The notes below the pieces were generated by a model. The model worked only from the letters and a program-made list of their open reading frames with translations. It was not told where the DNA came from and searched no databases. 64,000 bases of DNA, taken from an uncultured Myxococcaceae bacterium (GTDB lineage: Bacteria; Myxococcota_A; Polyangia; Polyangiales; Ga0077539). This document shows, piece by piece, positions 17,717 to 28,798 of the stretch. A program made the position numbers and the translations under genes. Location of the stretch: contig CAMFHP010000008.1 of the NCBI GenBank assembly GCA_945952225.1, forward strand, positions 1,798-65,797. The letters run 5' to 3'. How positions within the stretch are numbered: the first letter of the stretch is position 1; each line of letters begins with the position of its first letter.

Positions 17717-19684
17717 TCAGGGCACGCGCCCGAAGCCCGTCCCGTTCCATCGCCAGCTCACACGCCGCGTCGGCTCCCACGGGAGCAGCAGCGCCTCGAA
17801 GCCCTGCGGCGGCGCGTCGTGAAAGGGGTACGTGCTCTGGGTCCATCCGCGCGCGGGCCGCGATTGCACGGTGATCGTGTCGCCCTGCGCGCCCTCGGGG
17901 AGCACGAGCTCGTTGACCACGGCCTCGTCGCCCACACGACGCGCGACCTCGACGGCGAAGAGTCGCCCGCGGTGCGCCGGGTCGAAGCTGTAGACGAAGG
18001 CCATGTCGCGCAGCGAGGTGTTGGCCTGCCCCTGCACCTGAAGCGTCACCGAGCGACGCACGGTCACCACCGCTTCGGCCTTGCCGTCGCGGGTCACGTC
18101 GGCGGCGCGCAGGCCCACCACGGTGTCTCCGGGGTTCGCAGGCAACGAGATGCTCGCGTAGGAGCGACCGCCCATGAAGCCCGTGCCCACGACCACGAGC
18201 GTGCGTCCGTACACGTAGAGCTGCTCGCGCGTGGCGTCTTCGGCCACGTCGGCGTTCACACGAAACTCCGGCCGCGCGCCCGCCGCGAGGTGCTCGCGCT
18301 CTGCGAAGAGACGCAGCACACCGGCCACGTCGGCGCCGGGCTCCACGGGCTCGCGCGGGGGCTCCTGGGTCGGCGCGCTCGGTGCGGAAACGCCTGCGGG
18401 CATGGGCATCGCGACGTTCTCCGCGGGGCCGAACGACTGCGCGGATGCGTCCCAGACGAAGCTCCGCGCGCGCACACCGCCCCAGGGCGTGAGCGGCGCG
18501 TCGACGCCGTCCTCGGTGGCCGCGGGCCAGGTCTGCGCGGTGAATCCCTGCGACGGACCGACGGTGATCGTGAGGCGTCCGGCGGTGAAGGCCACGGTGT
18601 TGCGCACCTCGTTGGCCCCGTCGCGGCGCCCGATCTCGTGGGCGAACACGCGCTGGAACCCGCCGTCGTCGCCGACGCGAAACACCTGGTAGACCGAGCG
18701 TTCGAGGGGAGCGCCCGGTGCGCGCACGGTCACGCCCACGAGCGCGGTGCGAGCGCGCGGCGGGGTGAGCACCTCGGCGCGCTCCACGGTGGCGCCGTCG
18801 AAGGAGAGGAACGCGTACGACGCGCCGCCCGCGATGCCAGGGCCCCACACGACGAGGTGGTGGGGCAACGCGGCGAGGCGCTCGGGGGCTGCGTCGCCCG
18901 CGAGGTTGACCTGCCGTTCGAGGAGCGGTCGCACCGACGCGTCGACGTGGTGCTCGCTACGAAAGCGTGCGAAGAGATCCACCGCAGCGGCGGCGACGGC
19001 GGGCGCCGAGGTCACCGTGGGCGGCAGCTCCTGCGGGCGACGCGCGTCACCGGGACCGTTCGCGAGCACGGTCTCGGTGCTGGGGCGCGCCTCGACGTCG
19101 CTGTCTTCGTAGGCCACGCGAATGCGCGCGCTCGCGAGGTTCTCGCGCAGCCCCGGCATCGCCGCCCACGGAATGCGCGCTTCGAAGGTGTACCCGCCGC
19201 GCGAAGGGGCTTCGACGATCACGGCGCCGGGCACTGCGCGCGACGAGGGCACGCGGTAGCGCACCGCACCGGGAAAGGTCCCGGGCTCGCCGGGCTGGAG
19301 CCCGATCTCCCACGCGGTCCAGAGACGCCCGCGCGGAAAGGCCACGGTGAGCACCACGGTGTCGTCGGCGGGTCGATGCGCACGCGAGCGCACCACGCGG
19401 TCGTCGCGCACCTCCGCGGCGATCCAGAGGCCCTCGTTGTCGCGCCCCACGGCGAACCCGAGGGAGGCGTCGTCGGGCCCCTGCCACGCGCCGATTCCGT
19501 CGATGACCTGCGCGCGGGTGTCGAGGGCCGCGAGCGCGCCGGACCACTCGCGGGGCACGCCGTCGAGGGTCACACGCGCGGCGGCGCGGTCGATCACATC
19601 GACGAGCGGATCGGCCTGAACAACGGCAGACGCGGTGATCAGAGCGAGGGCGAAGGCGGGTGCGTGGGCGCGCGGCGGAGTCAT
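17717..19684 (-). CDS. secreted protein with N-terminal CBM9/DOMON-like domain
   Basis: Start chosen at 'MTPPRAHAPAFALALITASAVVQA' (signal peptide). 'LDGVPREW...GLWIAAEVRDD...FEARIPW' resembles carbohydrate-binding family 9. The remainder is unknown. Confidence 0.7.
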   Translation of the reverse strand: MTPPRAHAPAFALALITASAVVQADPLVDVIDRAAARVTLDGVPREWSGALAALDTRAQVIDGIGAWQGPDDASLGFAVGRDNEGLWIAAEVRDDRVVRSRAHRPADDTVVLTVAFPRGRLWTAWEIGLQPGEPGTFPGAVRYRVPSSRAVPGAVIVEAPSRGGYTFEARIPWAAMPGLRENLASARIRVAYEDSDVEARPSTETVLANGPGDARRPQELPPTVTSAPAVAAAAVDLFARFRSEHHVDASVRPLLERQVNLAGDAAPERLAALPHHLVVWGPGIAGGASYAFLSFDGATVERAEVLTPPRARTALVGVTVRAPGAPLERSVYQVFRVGDDGGFQRVFAHEIGRRDGANEVRNTVAFTAGRLTITVGPSQGFTAQTWPAATEDGVDAPLTPWGGVRARSFVWDASAQSFGPAENVAMPMPAGVSAPSAPTQEPPREPVEPGADVAGVLRLFAEREHLAAGARPEFRVNADVAEDATREQLYVYGRTLVVVGTGFMGGRSYASISLPANPGDTVVGLRAADVTRDGKAEAVVTVRRSVTLQVQGQANTSLRDMAFVYSFDPAHRGRLFAVEVARRVGDEAVVNELVLPEGAQGDTITVQSRPARGWTQSTYPFHDAPPQGFEALLLPWEPTRRVSWRWNGTGFGRVP

Positions 19685-19794
19685 CGGGCGCGCGAGGATA
19701 CCCAACGTGTCCCGCGCGGCGAACGTGGGACGCGCGCGCCGTGTGGGTTGAACGAAACCGCGAAGCCGTGGTAGTCGCTCGCCCCCGAATCTAT

Positions 19795-21429
19795 ATGTTC
19801 GACTCGCTCACCAAGGGTTTCCGCGCCGCCCGCCAACGCCTCACCGGCATGGCGGAACTCTCCGAAGACGTCATCGACCAGGCGCTCCGCGATGTGCGGG
19901 TGTCGCTGCTCGAGGCCGACGTCGAGCTCGGGGTGGTCAAGCGCTTCCTCGCGCGCGTTCGCGAGAAGATGCTCGGTCGCGTGGTGCAGGTGCGCGCCGA
20001 GCACCAGGGCAAGAAGCTCAACATCGCGCCCGAGCAGATCTTCGTGAAGGCCTGCGAAGAAGAGCTCACGGCCATGATGGCCGACAACGACCCCGAGCCC
20101 CTGCGCGAGGCGCCGAAGGGCAACCCCACCGTGGTGATGATGGTGGGCCTCCAGGGGCAGGGAAAGACCACGACGAGCGCCAAGCTCGCGCGGCTCTACG
20201 CGAAGGAGGGCAAGAAGGTGCTCCTCGTCGCGGCGGACCTTCAGCGCCCCGCGGCCGTCGAGCAGCTCACGGTGCTGGGCAACAAGATCAACGTGCCGGT
20301 GTTCAGCGTGCCCGGCGCGACGCCCGTCGAGGTGTGCCGCCGCGCGGTCGCCGTGGCGCGCGTGCAGAAGAAGGACCTGGTCATCCTCGACACGGCCGGT
20401 CGCCTCGCGATCGACACGACGCTCATGGGCGAGCTGCAGGCCATCAAAGACGAGACGAAGCCGCAGAACATCCTGCTCGTGGTGAACGCGGCCATCGGGC
20501 AGAACGCCCTCGCGACGGCGCAGGCCTTTCACGAGACGCTGGGGCTCACGGGCGTGGCGCTCACGATGCTCGACGGCGATGCGCGCGGCGGCGCGGCGCT
20601 CTCGATCCGTGAGGTCACGGGCGTGCCGATCAAGTTCGCGGGCATGGGCGAGACCGTCGAGCAGCTCGAAGCGTTTCGCCCCGACGGCATGGCGTCGCGC
20701 ATCCTCGGGATGGGCGACATCATCGGCATCGTCAACGACTTCAACCGCGTCGTGACCGACACGAAGAAGGTCGAAGAAGACGCCCAGCGGATGCTCCAGG
20801 GCAACTTCACCTTCGACGACTTCGTGCAGCAGATCTCGATGATCCAGCAGATGGGTCCGCTGAAGGAGCTGTTCGAGAAGATGCCCTTCTTCTCCGAGAT
20901 GCTCCCGCAGGACGTGAACATCGACGACCGCGAGCTCGACCGCGTGAAGGCCATGATCGCGTCGATGACCGCGCAGGAGCGCCGCGACCCCGACGTCTTC
21001 AAGAACCAGCAGGGCCGCGTGCAGCGCGTGGCGAAGGGCTCGGGACGCAAGCCCGAAGACGTCGCCGAGCTCATCGCCAAGTTCATGATGATGCGCGAGA
21101 TGATGGGCGGCATCGGCAAGCAGGCGGGCTTCCTCTCGAAGCTCCCCGGCGCGAAGCAGCTCGCGATGGCGCGGCGCCTGCGCGAGATGGTGCGCGTGCA
21201 GGGCGAGAACGCGGCGATGTCGACGCTCATGCAGGAGATGCTCGAAGCGGCCGTGGCAGGCAACGGCGCACCGGGCGGTCCCGGCGGCATGGGCGACCCC
21301 ATGGGCTTCATGAACTCGCTGCTCGGGGGCGGCGGGGCGGGCGGCGCGAACCGCGGCGGTCAGCCCGGCATGCGCCAGCGCGACGTGCGTCGGCAGCAGC
21401 GCCTCGCGAAGAAGAAGACCCGGAAGTAA
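19795..21429 (+). CDS. ffh: signal recognition particle protein Ffh
   Basis: 'MFDSLTKGF', 'GLQGQGKTTT', 'DTAGRL', 'TMLDGDARGGAALS', a Met-rich M domain and a basic tail. Confidence 0.95.
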   Translation: MFDSLTKGFRAARQRLTGMAELSEDVIDQALRDVRVSLLEADVELGVVKRFLARVREKMLGRVVQVRAEHQGKKLNIAPEQIFVKACEEELTAMMADNDPEPLREAPKGNPTVVMMVGLQGQGKTTTSAKLARLYAKEGKKVLLVAADLQRPAAVEQLTVLGNKINVPVFSVPGATPVEVCRRAVAVARVQKKDLVILDTAGRLAIDTTLMGELQAIKDETKPQNILLVVNAAIGQNALATAQAFHETLGLTGVALTMLDGDARGGAALSIREVTGVPIKFAGMGETVEQLEAFRPDGMASRILGMGDIIGIVNDFNRVVTDTKKVEEDAQRMLQGNFTFDDFVQQISMIQQMGPLKELFEKMPFFSEMLPQDVNIDDRELDRVKAMIASMTAQERRDPDVFKNQQGRVQRVAKGSGRKPEDVAELIAKFMMMREMMGGIGKQAGFLSKLPGAKQLAMARRLREMVRVQGENAAMSTLMQEMLEAAVAGNGAPGGPGGMGDPMGFMNSLLGGGGAGGANRGGQPGMRQRDVRRQQRLAKKKTRK

Positions 21430-21498
21430 CGGCCGCCACGCGCGCCGAGAGACTCCACAAGAACCTTTACGTGTGAATGGTCATTCAGAGGGGATGAG

Positions 21499-22944
21499 AT
21501 GAAGAACGCAGCCCGATGGATCGTGTGCCTCGCGCTCGGTGCGGGGTGTGTCGAACAGCCCGCCGCGAACCGCGCCGGGGTGTCTTCGCAGGAGCTGGAG
21601 CAGGTGCGCCGTCGCGTGGCGCGCCGCACGGCCCCCACGCCGCAGCACCCGCTGAACATCAACTTCGGCGGCAACAAGGTGCAGCTCGTCGGCTACGACA
21701 TCAACGTGACCGAGCTGCGCCCCGGGCAGAGCGTGACGGTCACCTGGTGGTGGAAGTGCAACACCGCGCCGGGCGACGGCTGGCACCTCTTCACGCACCT
21801 CGACGACGCGAACCGTCCGCGTACGAACCAGGACAACGTGGGCGAGGTGCGCCGCGCGTATCAGCCCGATCGCTGGCGCGCGGGTGAGTACATCGCCGAC
21901 ACGCAGACCTTCGACCTCCCGGCGGACTGGGATTCCCCCGTCGTACGCTTTCACGTCGGCCTGTGGAAGGACGCGGACCGCATGACGCCGACCCCCGCGG
22001 AGATGACCGACGGCGACCGCCGCGCGCGGGTGCTGGAGCTCCGCACGGGCGTGCAGATCCAGGTGTCGGAGATCGCCGCGCCGCGCGCCACGGGTGCGAT
22101 CAACATCGACGGCCGCCTCGACGAGCCCGCGTGGCAGGCCTCGGCGCGCACCGGCGCCCTCGTGAGCACGATGTCGGGTGATCCCCCGTCGGGCACCGAC
22201 GCGCACGCGCTGGCCCGCATCCTCTGGGACGACACGAACCTCTACCTCGCCTTCGAAGTGCAGGACGAGAACCTCGTCGACCCGTCGCAGAACCGCGACG
22301 ACCACCTCTGGGAGCACGACGCGGTCGAAGTGATGATCGACCCCGACGGCGACGGACAGAACTACTTCGAGTTCCAGGTCTCGCCCCGTGGGACGCGCTT
22401 CGACACGCGCTACGACCGCGCGCGCCAGCCGTCGACGCCGACGCCGGGCCACATCGATTTCAACCCCGAGACGCGCGCCGCGGTGGTGCTCACCACGCCT
22501 GGCACCATCGGCAACCCCGACGACAACGACACGGGCTACACCGTGGAGTTCGCGATCCCGTGGGCGTCGATCTCGACGGGCCTCGCCCACAATCCTCCGC
22601 AGGTGGGCGACAACGTGCGCCTCAACCTCTTCGTGATGGACGAAGCCAAGCAGGGCGGCCACCGCTTCGCCGCGTGGAGCGCGCCGCGCTCGGGCGACTT
22701 TCACGCGCTGGAGCGCTTCGGTCGCGTGACGCTCGTGACGGCGATCCCCGATGCGCCCATGGCGCCCGGCGTGGTCGTTCCTCCGGCCCCCGGTGCGGCC
22801 GCGCAGGGTGCCGCCGCGCAGCCCGCGAACGCGCAGCCCGCGCAGCCCGAAGGCAACCGTCGCATGGCGATCCCCGCGGTGATCAACCCCGCGGTGCTCC
22901 GCGCGGCGCCTCGCGTGGGCGCTCCCTCGGGCATCGGTCACTGA
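21499..22944 (+). CDS. lipoprotein with CBM9/DOMON-like domain
   Basis: GAGGGGA RBS and lipobox 'LGAGC'. 'IDGRLDEPAW...LWDDTNLYLAFEVQD...DAVEVMIDPDGDGQNYFEFQVSP...YTVEFAIPW' matches the CBM9-like pattern. Confidence 0.75.
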   Translation: MKNAARWIVCLALGAGCVEQPAANRAGVSSQELEQVRRRVARRTAPTPQHPLNINFGGNKVQLVGYDINVTELRPGQSVTVTWWWKCNTAPGDGWHLFTHLDDANRPRTNQDNVGEVRRAYQPDRWRAGEYIADTQTFDLPADWDSPVVRFHVGLWKDADRMTPTPAEMTDGDRRARVLELRTGVQIQVSEIAAPRATGAINIDGRLDEPAWQASARTGALVSTMSGDPPSGTDAHALARILWDDTNLYLAFEVQDENLVDPSQNRDDHLWEHDAVEVMIDPDGDGQNYFEFQVSPRGTRFDTRYDRARQPSTPTPGHIDFNPETRAAVVLTTPGTIGNPDDNDTGYTVEFAIPWASISTGLAHNPPQVGDNVRLNLFVMDEAKQGGHRFAAWSAPRSGDFHALERFGRVTLVTAIPDAPMAPGVVVPPAPGAAAQGAAAQPANAQPAQPEGNRRMAIPAVINPAVLRAAPRVGAPSGIGH

Positions 22945-23026
22945 CCGCCTCGCGCGCCGCGGGTGCCATCACGGCCCCGCGGCGAGGCTCCGTTCGCGCA
23001 TCGATCACAGCCCCGAAATGACCGAC

Positions 23027-23066
23027 GGCCCCGCGGAGATTCTCCGACGGGGCCGGTGGTGTTTTC
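23027..23066. terminator. hairpin plus T-run between convergent genes (candidate bidirectional terminator)
   Basis: GGCCCC-G-CGGAG / loop ATT / CTCCG-AC-GGGGCC (11 bp with a small internal loop), followed by GGTGGTGTTTTC on the + strand and TCATTTC on the - strand. Confidence 0.4.
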
Positions 23067-23090
23067 AGGGGACGCGCGAGGCGATGGGGC

Positions 23091-23258
23091 TCACTCGTCG
23101 TCGCTGTCGTCGTCGTCCTTGTCGTTGAAGGCGAATCCCTCGGTCTGCATCTCGGATTCGAAGTCGAGGTCGTCGAGCGACCACCCGATGCGACTCGCGC
23201 CGGGGCGGATCTCATCGCGGGCGAACTCTTCGAACGATCGGTAGTACTTCGAGCTCAT
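23091..23258 (-). CDS. small acidic protein (55 aa), below the ORF-track size cut-off
   Basis: My translation is MSSKYYRSFEEFARDEIRPGASRIGWSLDDLDFESEMQTEGFAFNDKDDDDSDDE*. There is a strong AGGAGAAG RBS 6 nt upstream of the ATG, high GC3 and a candidate promoter upstream. Confidence 0.5.
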   Translation of the reverse strand: MSSKYYRSFEEFARDEIRPGASRIGWSLDDLDFESEMQTEGFAFNDKDDDDSDDE

Positions 23259-23332
23259 GTCGGTCTTCTCCTGACGGAAGCAGTAGCCGGACGACGTCGG
23301 TGGAGCGCCTACTCACACCTACATCTGCCGCC

Positions 23333-23360
23333 AATGTATTCACGCTCCGGGGACCGTCAA
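23333..23360 (-). promoter_or_regulatory. candidate sigma-70-type promoter for the small acidic ORF
   Basis: On the minus strand: TTGACG (23355-23360), 16 nt, TACATT (23333-23338). It sits in a locally AT-richer 260-bp divergent region shared with parA. Confidence 0.25.
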
Positions 23361-23519
23361 AAATCCGCTGGACTTTCCCTGTGGGCTCGCGGTTGCGCGG
23401 TGTTTTTGTGGCGTTTTCGCAGCCGTTGCCACGGGGGGCGGGGTCGGGGTAGAGACCGTGCTCCCGTTGAGCGGGGCCCGCGGAAATCCCGCGTCGGCGA
23501 CCGTCTGGAGAGCACACGC

Positions 23520-24299
<780 letters not shown>

Positions 24300-24379
24300 C
24301 CGGCGCCGCTCCGCCTCTGCGCGCGACGCGACGCGCACCGACCGAACTCCTCCCGCACGAAGCACCGACACCCGACGCC

Positions 24380-25312
24380 ATGACCGACAAGAAGCCCAAG
24401 GTCCCCGACCCGAAGGAACCGCGCCGCGTGCTCGGCCGCGGACTCGACGCGCTGCTCCCGATCGCGCAGGTCGCGCAGGCCGCTGCGAAGCGCGCCGAGG
24501 GCCCGTACCAGATCGTCGGCATCGAGCGCGTGCACCCGCGCCACGACCAGCCCCGCAAGCGCTTCGAAGAGCAGGCCCTCGCCGACCTCGCGGCGTCGAT
24601 CCGTGAGCAGGGGATCATCCAGCCCCTCGTGGTGCGCCGTCGCGACGACGACGAGACGCAGTTCGAGATCATCGCGGGCGAGCGGCGCTGGCGCGCGTCG
24701 CAGCGGGCGGGGCTCCGCGAGGTGCCCGTGGTGGTGCGCGAGACCACCTCCGACGAGGCCTTCGAACTGGCCCTCGTCGAGAACCTCCAGCGGCAGGACC
24801 TCGACGCCGTCGAGACCGCGCAGGCGTACCAGAAGCTCCTCAAGGAGCACGGCTGGACGCAGGAAGACCTCGCCTCGCGCATCGGCAAGGACCGCTCGAC
24901 CATCTCGAACACGCTGCGCCTGCTGCACCTCCCGGGCGACGTGCTCGACCTCGTGACCGCGCAGAAGCTCACCGAGGGCCACGCGCGCGCGCTCCTCTCG
25001 GCGGAGCAGCCCGCGGAGATCACGCGCCTCGCGCATCTCGCCGTCGAGAAGGGGTGGTCGGTGCGTCAGGCCGAGGCCGCCGCGCGCCGTCGCGAGAAGC
25101 CCGCGGACAAGCCCGAGGACAAGCCCGCGACGCCCGAGCGACGGAACCCCAACGTGCTCGACCTGGAGAAGCGCCTCGCCGCGGCGCTGGGCATGCCCGT
25201 GGCCGTGCGCACCGACGCGAGCGGCAAGGCGGGCACCGTCGAGATCGCGTGGGACGACCTCGACCAGCTCGATCGCTTCATCGACCGCGTGCTCGGCGCG
25301 CCCAACGGCTGA
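24380..25312 (+). CDS. parB: chromosome partitioning protein ParB
   Basis: 'LGRGLDALLP', 'GIIQPLVVRR', 'EIIAGERRWRASQ.AGL', 'ENLQRQDL', and an HTH at 'QEDLASRIGKDRSTISNTLRLL'. Confidence 0.95.
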   Translation: MTDKKPKVPDPKEPRRVLGRGLDALLPIAQVAQAAAKRAEGPYQIVGIERVHPRHDQPRKRFEEQALADLAASIREQGIIQPLVVRRRDDDETQFEIIAGERRWRASQRAGLREVPVVVRETTSDEAFELALVENLQRQDLDAVETAQAYQKLLKEHGWTQEDLASRIGKDRSTISNTLRLLHLPGDVLDLVTAQKLTEGHARALLSAEQPAEITRLAHLAVEKGWSVRQAEAAARRREKPADKPEDKPATPERRNPNVLDLEKRLAAALGMPVAVRTDASGKAGTVEIAWDDLDQLDRFIDRVLGAPNG

Positions 25313-25327
25313 CGCGCGCCTCGCGCT

Positions 25328-26203
25328 TCAGAGCGGGAGCTCCGGGAGGGGGAGGCCCGCGCGCATCCACGCCGCGCGGAGCGTGTTCTCGAGCAGGCAC
25401 GCGATGGTCATGGGACCGACGCCGCCGGGGACGGGCGTGATCCACGACGCGCGCTCGGCGGCCTCGTCGTAGGCCACGTCGCCCACGAGTTTTCCGTCGG
25501 CGCCGCGGTTGATGCCCACGTCGAGCACCACGGCGCCGGGCTTGATCCAGTCGCCGCGCACGAGGCCCGCGCGGCCCACGGCGGCCACCACCACGTCGCT
25601 CTCGGCGCAGCGCGCGGCGAGGTCGCGGGTGCGCGAGTGCGCGAGGGTCACCGTGGCGTTGCGCGCAAGGAGAAGGAGCCCCGCGGGCTTGCCCACGATG
25701 TTGCTCCGACCGATCACGATGGCGCGCGCGCCGTCGAGCGAGACCTTCGCGTGGTCGAGCATGCGCATGCACCCGAGAGGCGTGCAGGGCACGAGCGCGG
25801 GGCGTCCCGAAAGCAGCGCACCGGCATTCATCGGGTGGAATCCGTCGACATCGCGGCGCGGATCGATCGCGTCGAGCACGGCGGTCTCGTCGAGGTGCTT
25901 CGGCAGGGGAAGCTGCACGAGCACACCATCGACGTCGTCACGCGCGCACAACGAGTGAACGAGCGCGAGGAGCTCGGCCTGCGTGATGTCTCCGGGGCGA
26001 CGGTGCACCTCGCCGCGCATGCCGACCTCCTCGCAGGCCTTCGCCTTGTTGCGCACATAGACCTGCGACGCGGGGTCGTCGCCGACGATCACCACATCGA
26101 GCCCGGGACGCCGCCCGCGACGGGCTACGAAGTCGCGCACGCCCACGGCCACGCGGGAGCGCAGGTCCGCCGCGATCGCCTTGCCATCGAGAATCTGAGC
26201 CAT
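25328..26203 (-). CDS. folD: bifunctional methylenetetrahydrofolate dehydrogenase/cyclohydrolase FolD
   Basis: Start chosen at '[11 protein letters not shown]'. '[14 protein letters not shown]', 'GVLVQLPLP', 'PCTPLG', 'GRSNIVGKP', '[12 protein letters not shown]'. Confidence 0.95.
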   Translation of the reverse strand: MAQILDGKAIAADLRSRVAVGVRDFVARRGRRPGLDVVIVGDDPASQVYVRNKAKACEEVGMRGEVHRRPGDITQAELLALVHSLCARDDVDGVLVQLPLPKHLDETAVLDAIDPRRDVDGFHPMNAGALLSGRPALVPCTPLGCMRMLDHAKVSLDGARAIVIGRSNIVGKPAGLLLLARNATVTLAHSRTRDLAARCAESDVVVAAVGRAGLVRGDWIKPGAVVLDVGINRGADGKLVGDVAYDEAAERASWITPVPGGVGPMTIACLLENTLRAAWMRAGLPLPELPL

Positions 26204-26348
26204 CGAATGCCTCACAGCGCATCGCCCGGAGCGAGCGCTCCCGGCAGAAGGGGCGCGGAGCATACCCGAACGCGCGTCGCGCACCGACGCTCTGGGCACA
26301 GGAGCCCCACGGTGACAGCGCCACCTCACCGGTGGTCTACTCCGCGCG

Positions 26349-28325
26349 ATGAGGCACGGACGGCTCTTCGTGTGGCTCGCCTGCGCGGCGACGCTTGGCG
26401 CCTGCGCAACCGACGCTCCCCCCGACCCGGCGCAGTTCGCGTCGGCGACGACGCTCTCCGACGCGATCACCCGCGCGTCGCTGGCGTACGGCGTTCCGCG
26501 CGATCTGCTCGCGGCGATCGCGTGGTCGGAGACGCGCTTCGGCAACCCCCTCGCCCACGACGACGTGGTGCCCGCCGAACGCGATCCGCACGCGCACGCG
26601 ACGGGCGACGTGGGCCCGCTCGGCCTGCGCCCCGCGGTGGCGAACACGCGCGAGCGCGGCGTCGACACGCTGGCCCGCGCGCGTGCGCTGCTCGACAACC
26701 CCGACGTCGAACGCCTCTCGCACAACCTCGGACTCGGCGTCGCAGGCGCTGCGGCGGTGCTCGCCGAGCTCGGTCGAGAGACGGGCGCGCACGGTGACGA
26801 CCTCACGTCGTGGGCCGAGGCCGTTGCGCGCTACTCCGCGGCGCCCGAGCGGGCGTTCCAGCTCTCGTATGCGCGGCAGGTGTTTGCGGTGCTGCGCGAG
26901 GGCGTCGCTGCCGAGAGCACCTTCACCGGCGAGCGTCTCGGCGTGCAGGCGCACCCGTCGCTCGGCGCGGTCGAGGCGATGGTGGGCGCCGTCGGTCAGT
27001 CGGTGGCCGCGAGCAGCGACTACGGCCCCGCGCTGTGGTCGGCCGCGGCCTCGTCGAACTACACCGTCGGACGCGGCGGCAACCCGATCCAGTACGTGGT
27101 GATCCACACGATGGAGGGCTCGTACGCGGGCTCGATCTCGTGGTTCCGCAACACGTCGGCGATGGTGAGCGCGCACTACAGCGTGCGCTCGTCCGATGGC
27201 GAGATCACGCAGTCGGTCGCCGAGTCGAACACCGCGTGGCACGCGGGCAACTGGTATTACAACCAGCGCTCGGTGGGCATCGAGCACGAGGGCTACGTGG
27301 CCGCGCCGGGGCGCTGGTACACCGAGGCGATGTACGCATCGAGCGCTCGCCTCGTGCGCGCGCTCTGCAACAAGTACGGCATCCCGATCGACCGGCAGCA
27401 CATCATCGGGCACTACCAGATTCCCCGCAGCGGCAGCGGCGCGCCCTGCGCCACGAACGCCACGAACTGCGGCGGCGCGGGCGGCCACACCGACCCCGGC
27501 AACGGCGGCACCGGCTGGGACTGGAACCACTTTCTCGACCTCGTACGCGGCGGCAGCGCACCGCCTCCCCCTCCTCCTCCGCCGCCTCCTCCTCCACCGC
27601 CTCCGCCCCCTCCTGCGCCCGCGTACGCCGCGGACTTCGTGGGCATGAGCTGCCCCGCCACGGCCACGTCGGGCGACCGCCCCGTCGCCTGGATCGAGTA
27701 CCGCAACACGGGCACCGCGACGTGGCAGATCGCAAGCACGCGCGTGGGCACCACGAACCCCCGCGACCACGACGGCGTGTTCTTCGACATGGAGAACTGG
27801 GTCGCGCGCAATCGACCCTCGGGCGTCGACCATGCGACGGCGCCCGGCGCGGTGGGGCGCTTCTCCTTCGTCCTCAACATCCCCGACGTGACGAGCGAGC
27901 AGACCGTCGCCGAGAACTACGGCCTCGTGCAGGAGGGCGTCACCTGGTTCGGCCCCGCCGACACCGCCGTGCGATGCGCCGTGCGCGTGTCGCCGCGCGT
28001 GGTGCCCGATGCCTCCGCGCCCGCCGACGTCGTGACCGCGCCCGATGTGTCCGCGCCTGATGCCGACACGCCCGATGCGTCGGAGATTCCCGACGCGTCG
28101 GAAATTCCCGACGCATCGACCGCGGACGTGCAGGCGCCTGAAGACGTGTCCGTGGTCGACGCCTCGACGGCCGATGCGTCGGACCTGCGTGCGGCCCCTG
28201 AAGACTCGCCCGGCTGCGGCTGTCGCAGCGCGCCGGGGCTCCCTGCGCGCGGCGCGCCCGTGTCTCCCGCCTCCACGCTCGTGTGCGCAGCGCTCGCTGC
28301 CGTGGTGCTTCGCCGCCGTCGCTGA
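26349..28325 (+). CDS. multidomain cell-wall hydrolase: SLT-like domain, N-acetylmuramoyl-L-alanine amidase (Amidase_2/PGRP), Pro18 linker, Ig-like domain and MYXO-CTERM tail
   Basis: Lipobox 'LGAC'. 'AIAWSETRF' resembles the lytic transglycosylase Glu motif. 'YVVIHTMEG...AHY...[13 protein letters not shown]...IIGHYQI...GGHTDPG' is the Amidase_2 pattern. 18 consecutive Pro. C-terminal 'GCGCRSAPG...[15 protein letters not shown]'. Confidence 0.85.
   Translation: MRHGRLFVWLACAATLGACATDAPPDPAQFASATTLSDAITRASLAYGVPRDLLAAIAWSETRFGNPLAHDDVVPAERDPHAHATGDVGPLGLRPAVANTRERGVDTLARARALLDNPDVERLSHNLGLGVAGAAAVLAELGRETGAHGDDLTSWAEAVARYSAAPERAFQLSYARQVFAVLREGVAAESTFTGERLGVQAHPSLGAVEAMVGAVGQSVAASSDYGPALWSAAASSNYTVGRGGNPIQYVVIHTMEGSYAGSISWFRNTSAMVSAHYSVRSSDGEITQSVAESNTAWHAGNWYYNQRSVGIEHEGYVAAPGRWYTEAMYASSARLVRALCNKYGIPIDRQHIIGHYQIPRSGSGAPCATNATNCGGAGGHTDPGNGGTGWDWNHFLDLVRGGSAPPPPPPPPPPPPPPPPPPAPAYAADFVGMSCPATATSGDRPVAWIEYRNTGTATWQIASTRVGTTNPRDHDGVFFDMENWVARNRPSGVDHATAPGAVGRFSFVLNIPDVTSEQTVAENYGLVQEGVTWFGPADTAVRCAVRVSPRVVPDASAPADVVTAPDVSAPDADTPDASEIPDASEIPDASTADVQAPEDVSVVDASTADASDLRAAPEDSPGCGCRSAPGLPARGAPVSPASTLVCAALAAVVLRRRR
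27561..27614 (+). repeat. (CCN)18 tract encoding 18 consecutive prolines
   Basis: Read directly: ccg cct ccc cct cct cct ccg ccg cct cct cct cca ccg cct ccg ccc cct cct, in frame with the hydrolase. Confidence 0.9.
28071..28118 (+). repeat. 18-nt coding tandem repeat (about 2.7 copies; PDASEI units)
   Basis: cccgatgcgtcggagatt / cccgacgcgtcggaaatt / cccgacgcatcg, inside the Asp/Ala/Pro spacer before the MYXO-CTERM tail. Confidence 0.8.
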
Positions 28326-28377
28326 CCGTCACGGTCGGGCTTGGGGTTTCGCGCGCTCGCGTCGTTGCAACTCCACG

Positions 28378-28797
28378 ATGGCGACCTCGTACCCGGGCCT
28401 CTCGCTCCACCTCGCGCCCCTCGCACGCGCCGCCGGCGCGCCGACCGCGCTGTGTGATCTTCGCAACCAGCTCCTGGTGTTCTTCTCCGCGTCGGCCTGG
28501 GCGCGCACGCAGTCGACCTCGCACGCGATCGAGCTCCGCGACGCGACGCGCGCCCTCGAACGTGCGGCCTCGCAGCTCCGCGACGCGCTCGCCTGCGAGG
28601 TGACCGCGGCGCCGACGGAGATCACCGCGTCGGCCGTGCAGCGCTTCGTCGCCGACACCGACACGCCCATGGGCACGCTGCGCCGGAGCCTCATGCTCTC
28701 GGGCATCGACGGCGTCGAGCTGCTCGCAGACCTCGAAGTGGCGCTGGCCCGCGTGCGCATCGGCGCGCTCCCGCACGCCGACCGTCGCGCCGCGTAG
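28378..28797 (+). CDS. hypothetical protein (139 aa)
   Basis: 'MATSYPGLSLHLAPL...' has high GC3 and balanced composition, whereas the overlapping minus-strand ORF is Arg/Ser/Ala junk. No motif recognised. Confidence 0.5.
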   Translation: MATSYPGLSLHLAPLARAAGAPTALCDLRNQLLVFFSASAWARTQSTSHAIELRDATRALERAASQLRDALACEVTAAPTEITASAVQRFVADTDTPMGTLRRSLMLSGIDGVELLADLEVALARVRIGALPHADRRAA

Positions 28798-28798
28798 G

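Noticed and set aside
22963-23244. A 93-aa plus-strand ORF overlapping the small acidic ORF.
   Set aside because: The translation is Ser/Arg/Pro-rich junk with no RBS. The minus-strand 55-aa frame has a strong RBS, a promoter and a terminator.
23433-23476. G-tracts (G6, G4, G4 ... G4) upstream of parA that could form a G-quadruplex.
   Set aside because: The fourth tract is 23 nt away, so the loop is too long for a canonical G4. G-runs are also expected by chance in this composition.
28000-28210. Repetitive Asp/Ala/Pro-coding DNA, also present at 14850-14960, 52900-53040 and 63590-63810, that superficially resembles a repeat array.
   Set aside because: It is in frame and codes for acidic low-complexity spacers of secreted proteins. 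There is no repeat-spacer periodicity and no cas genes, so it is not CRISPR.
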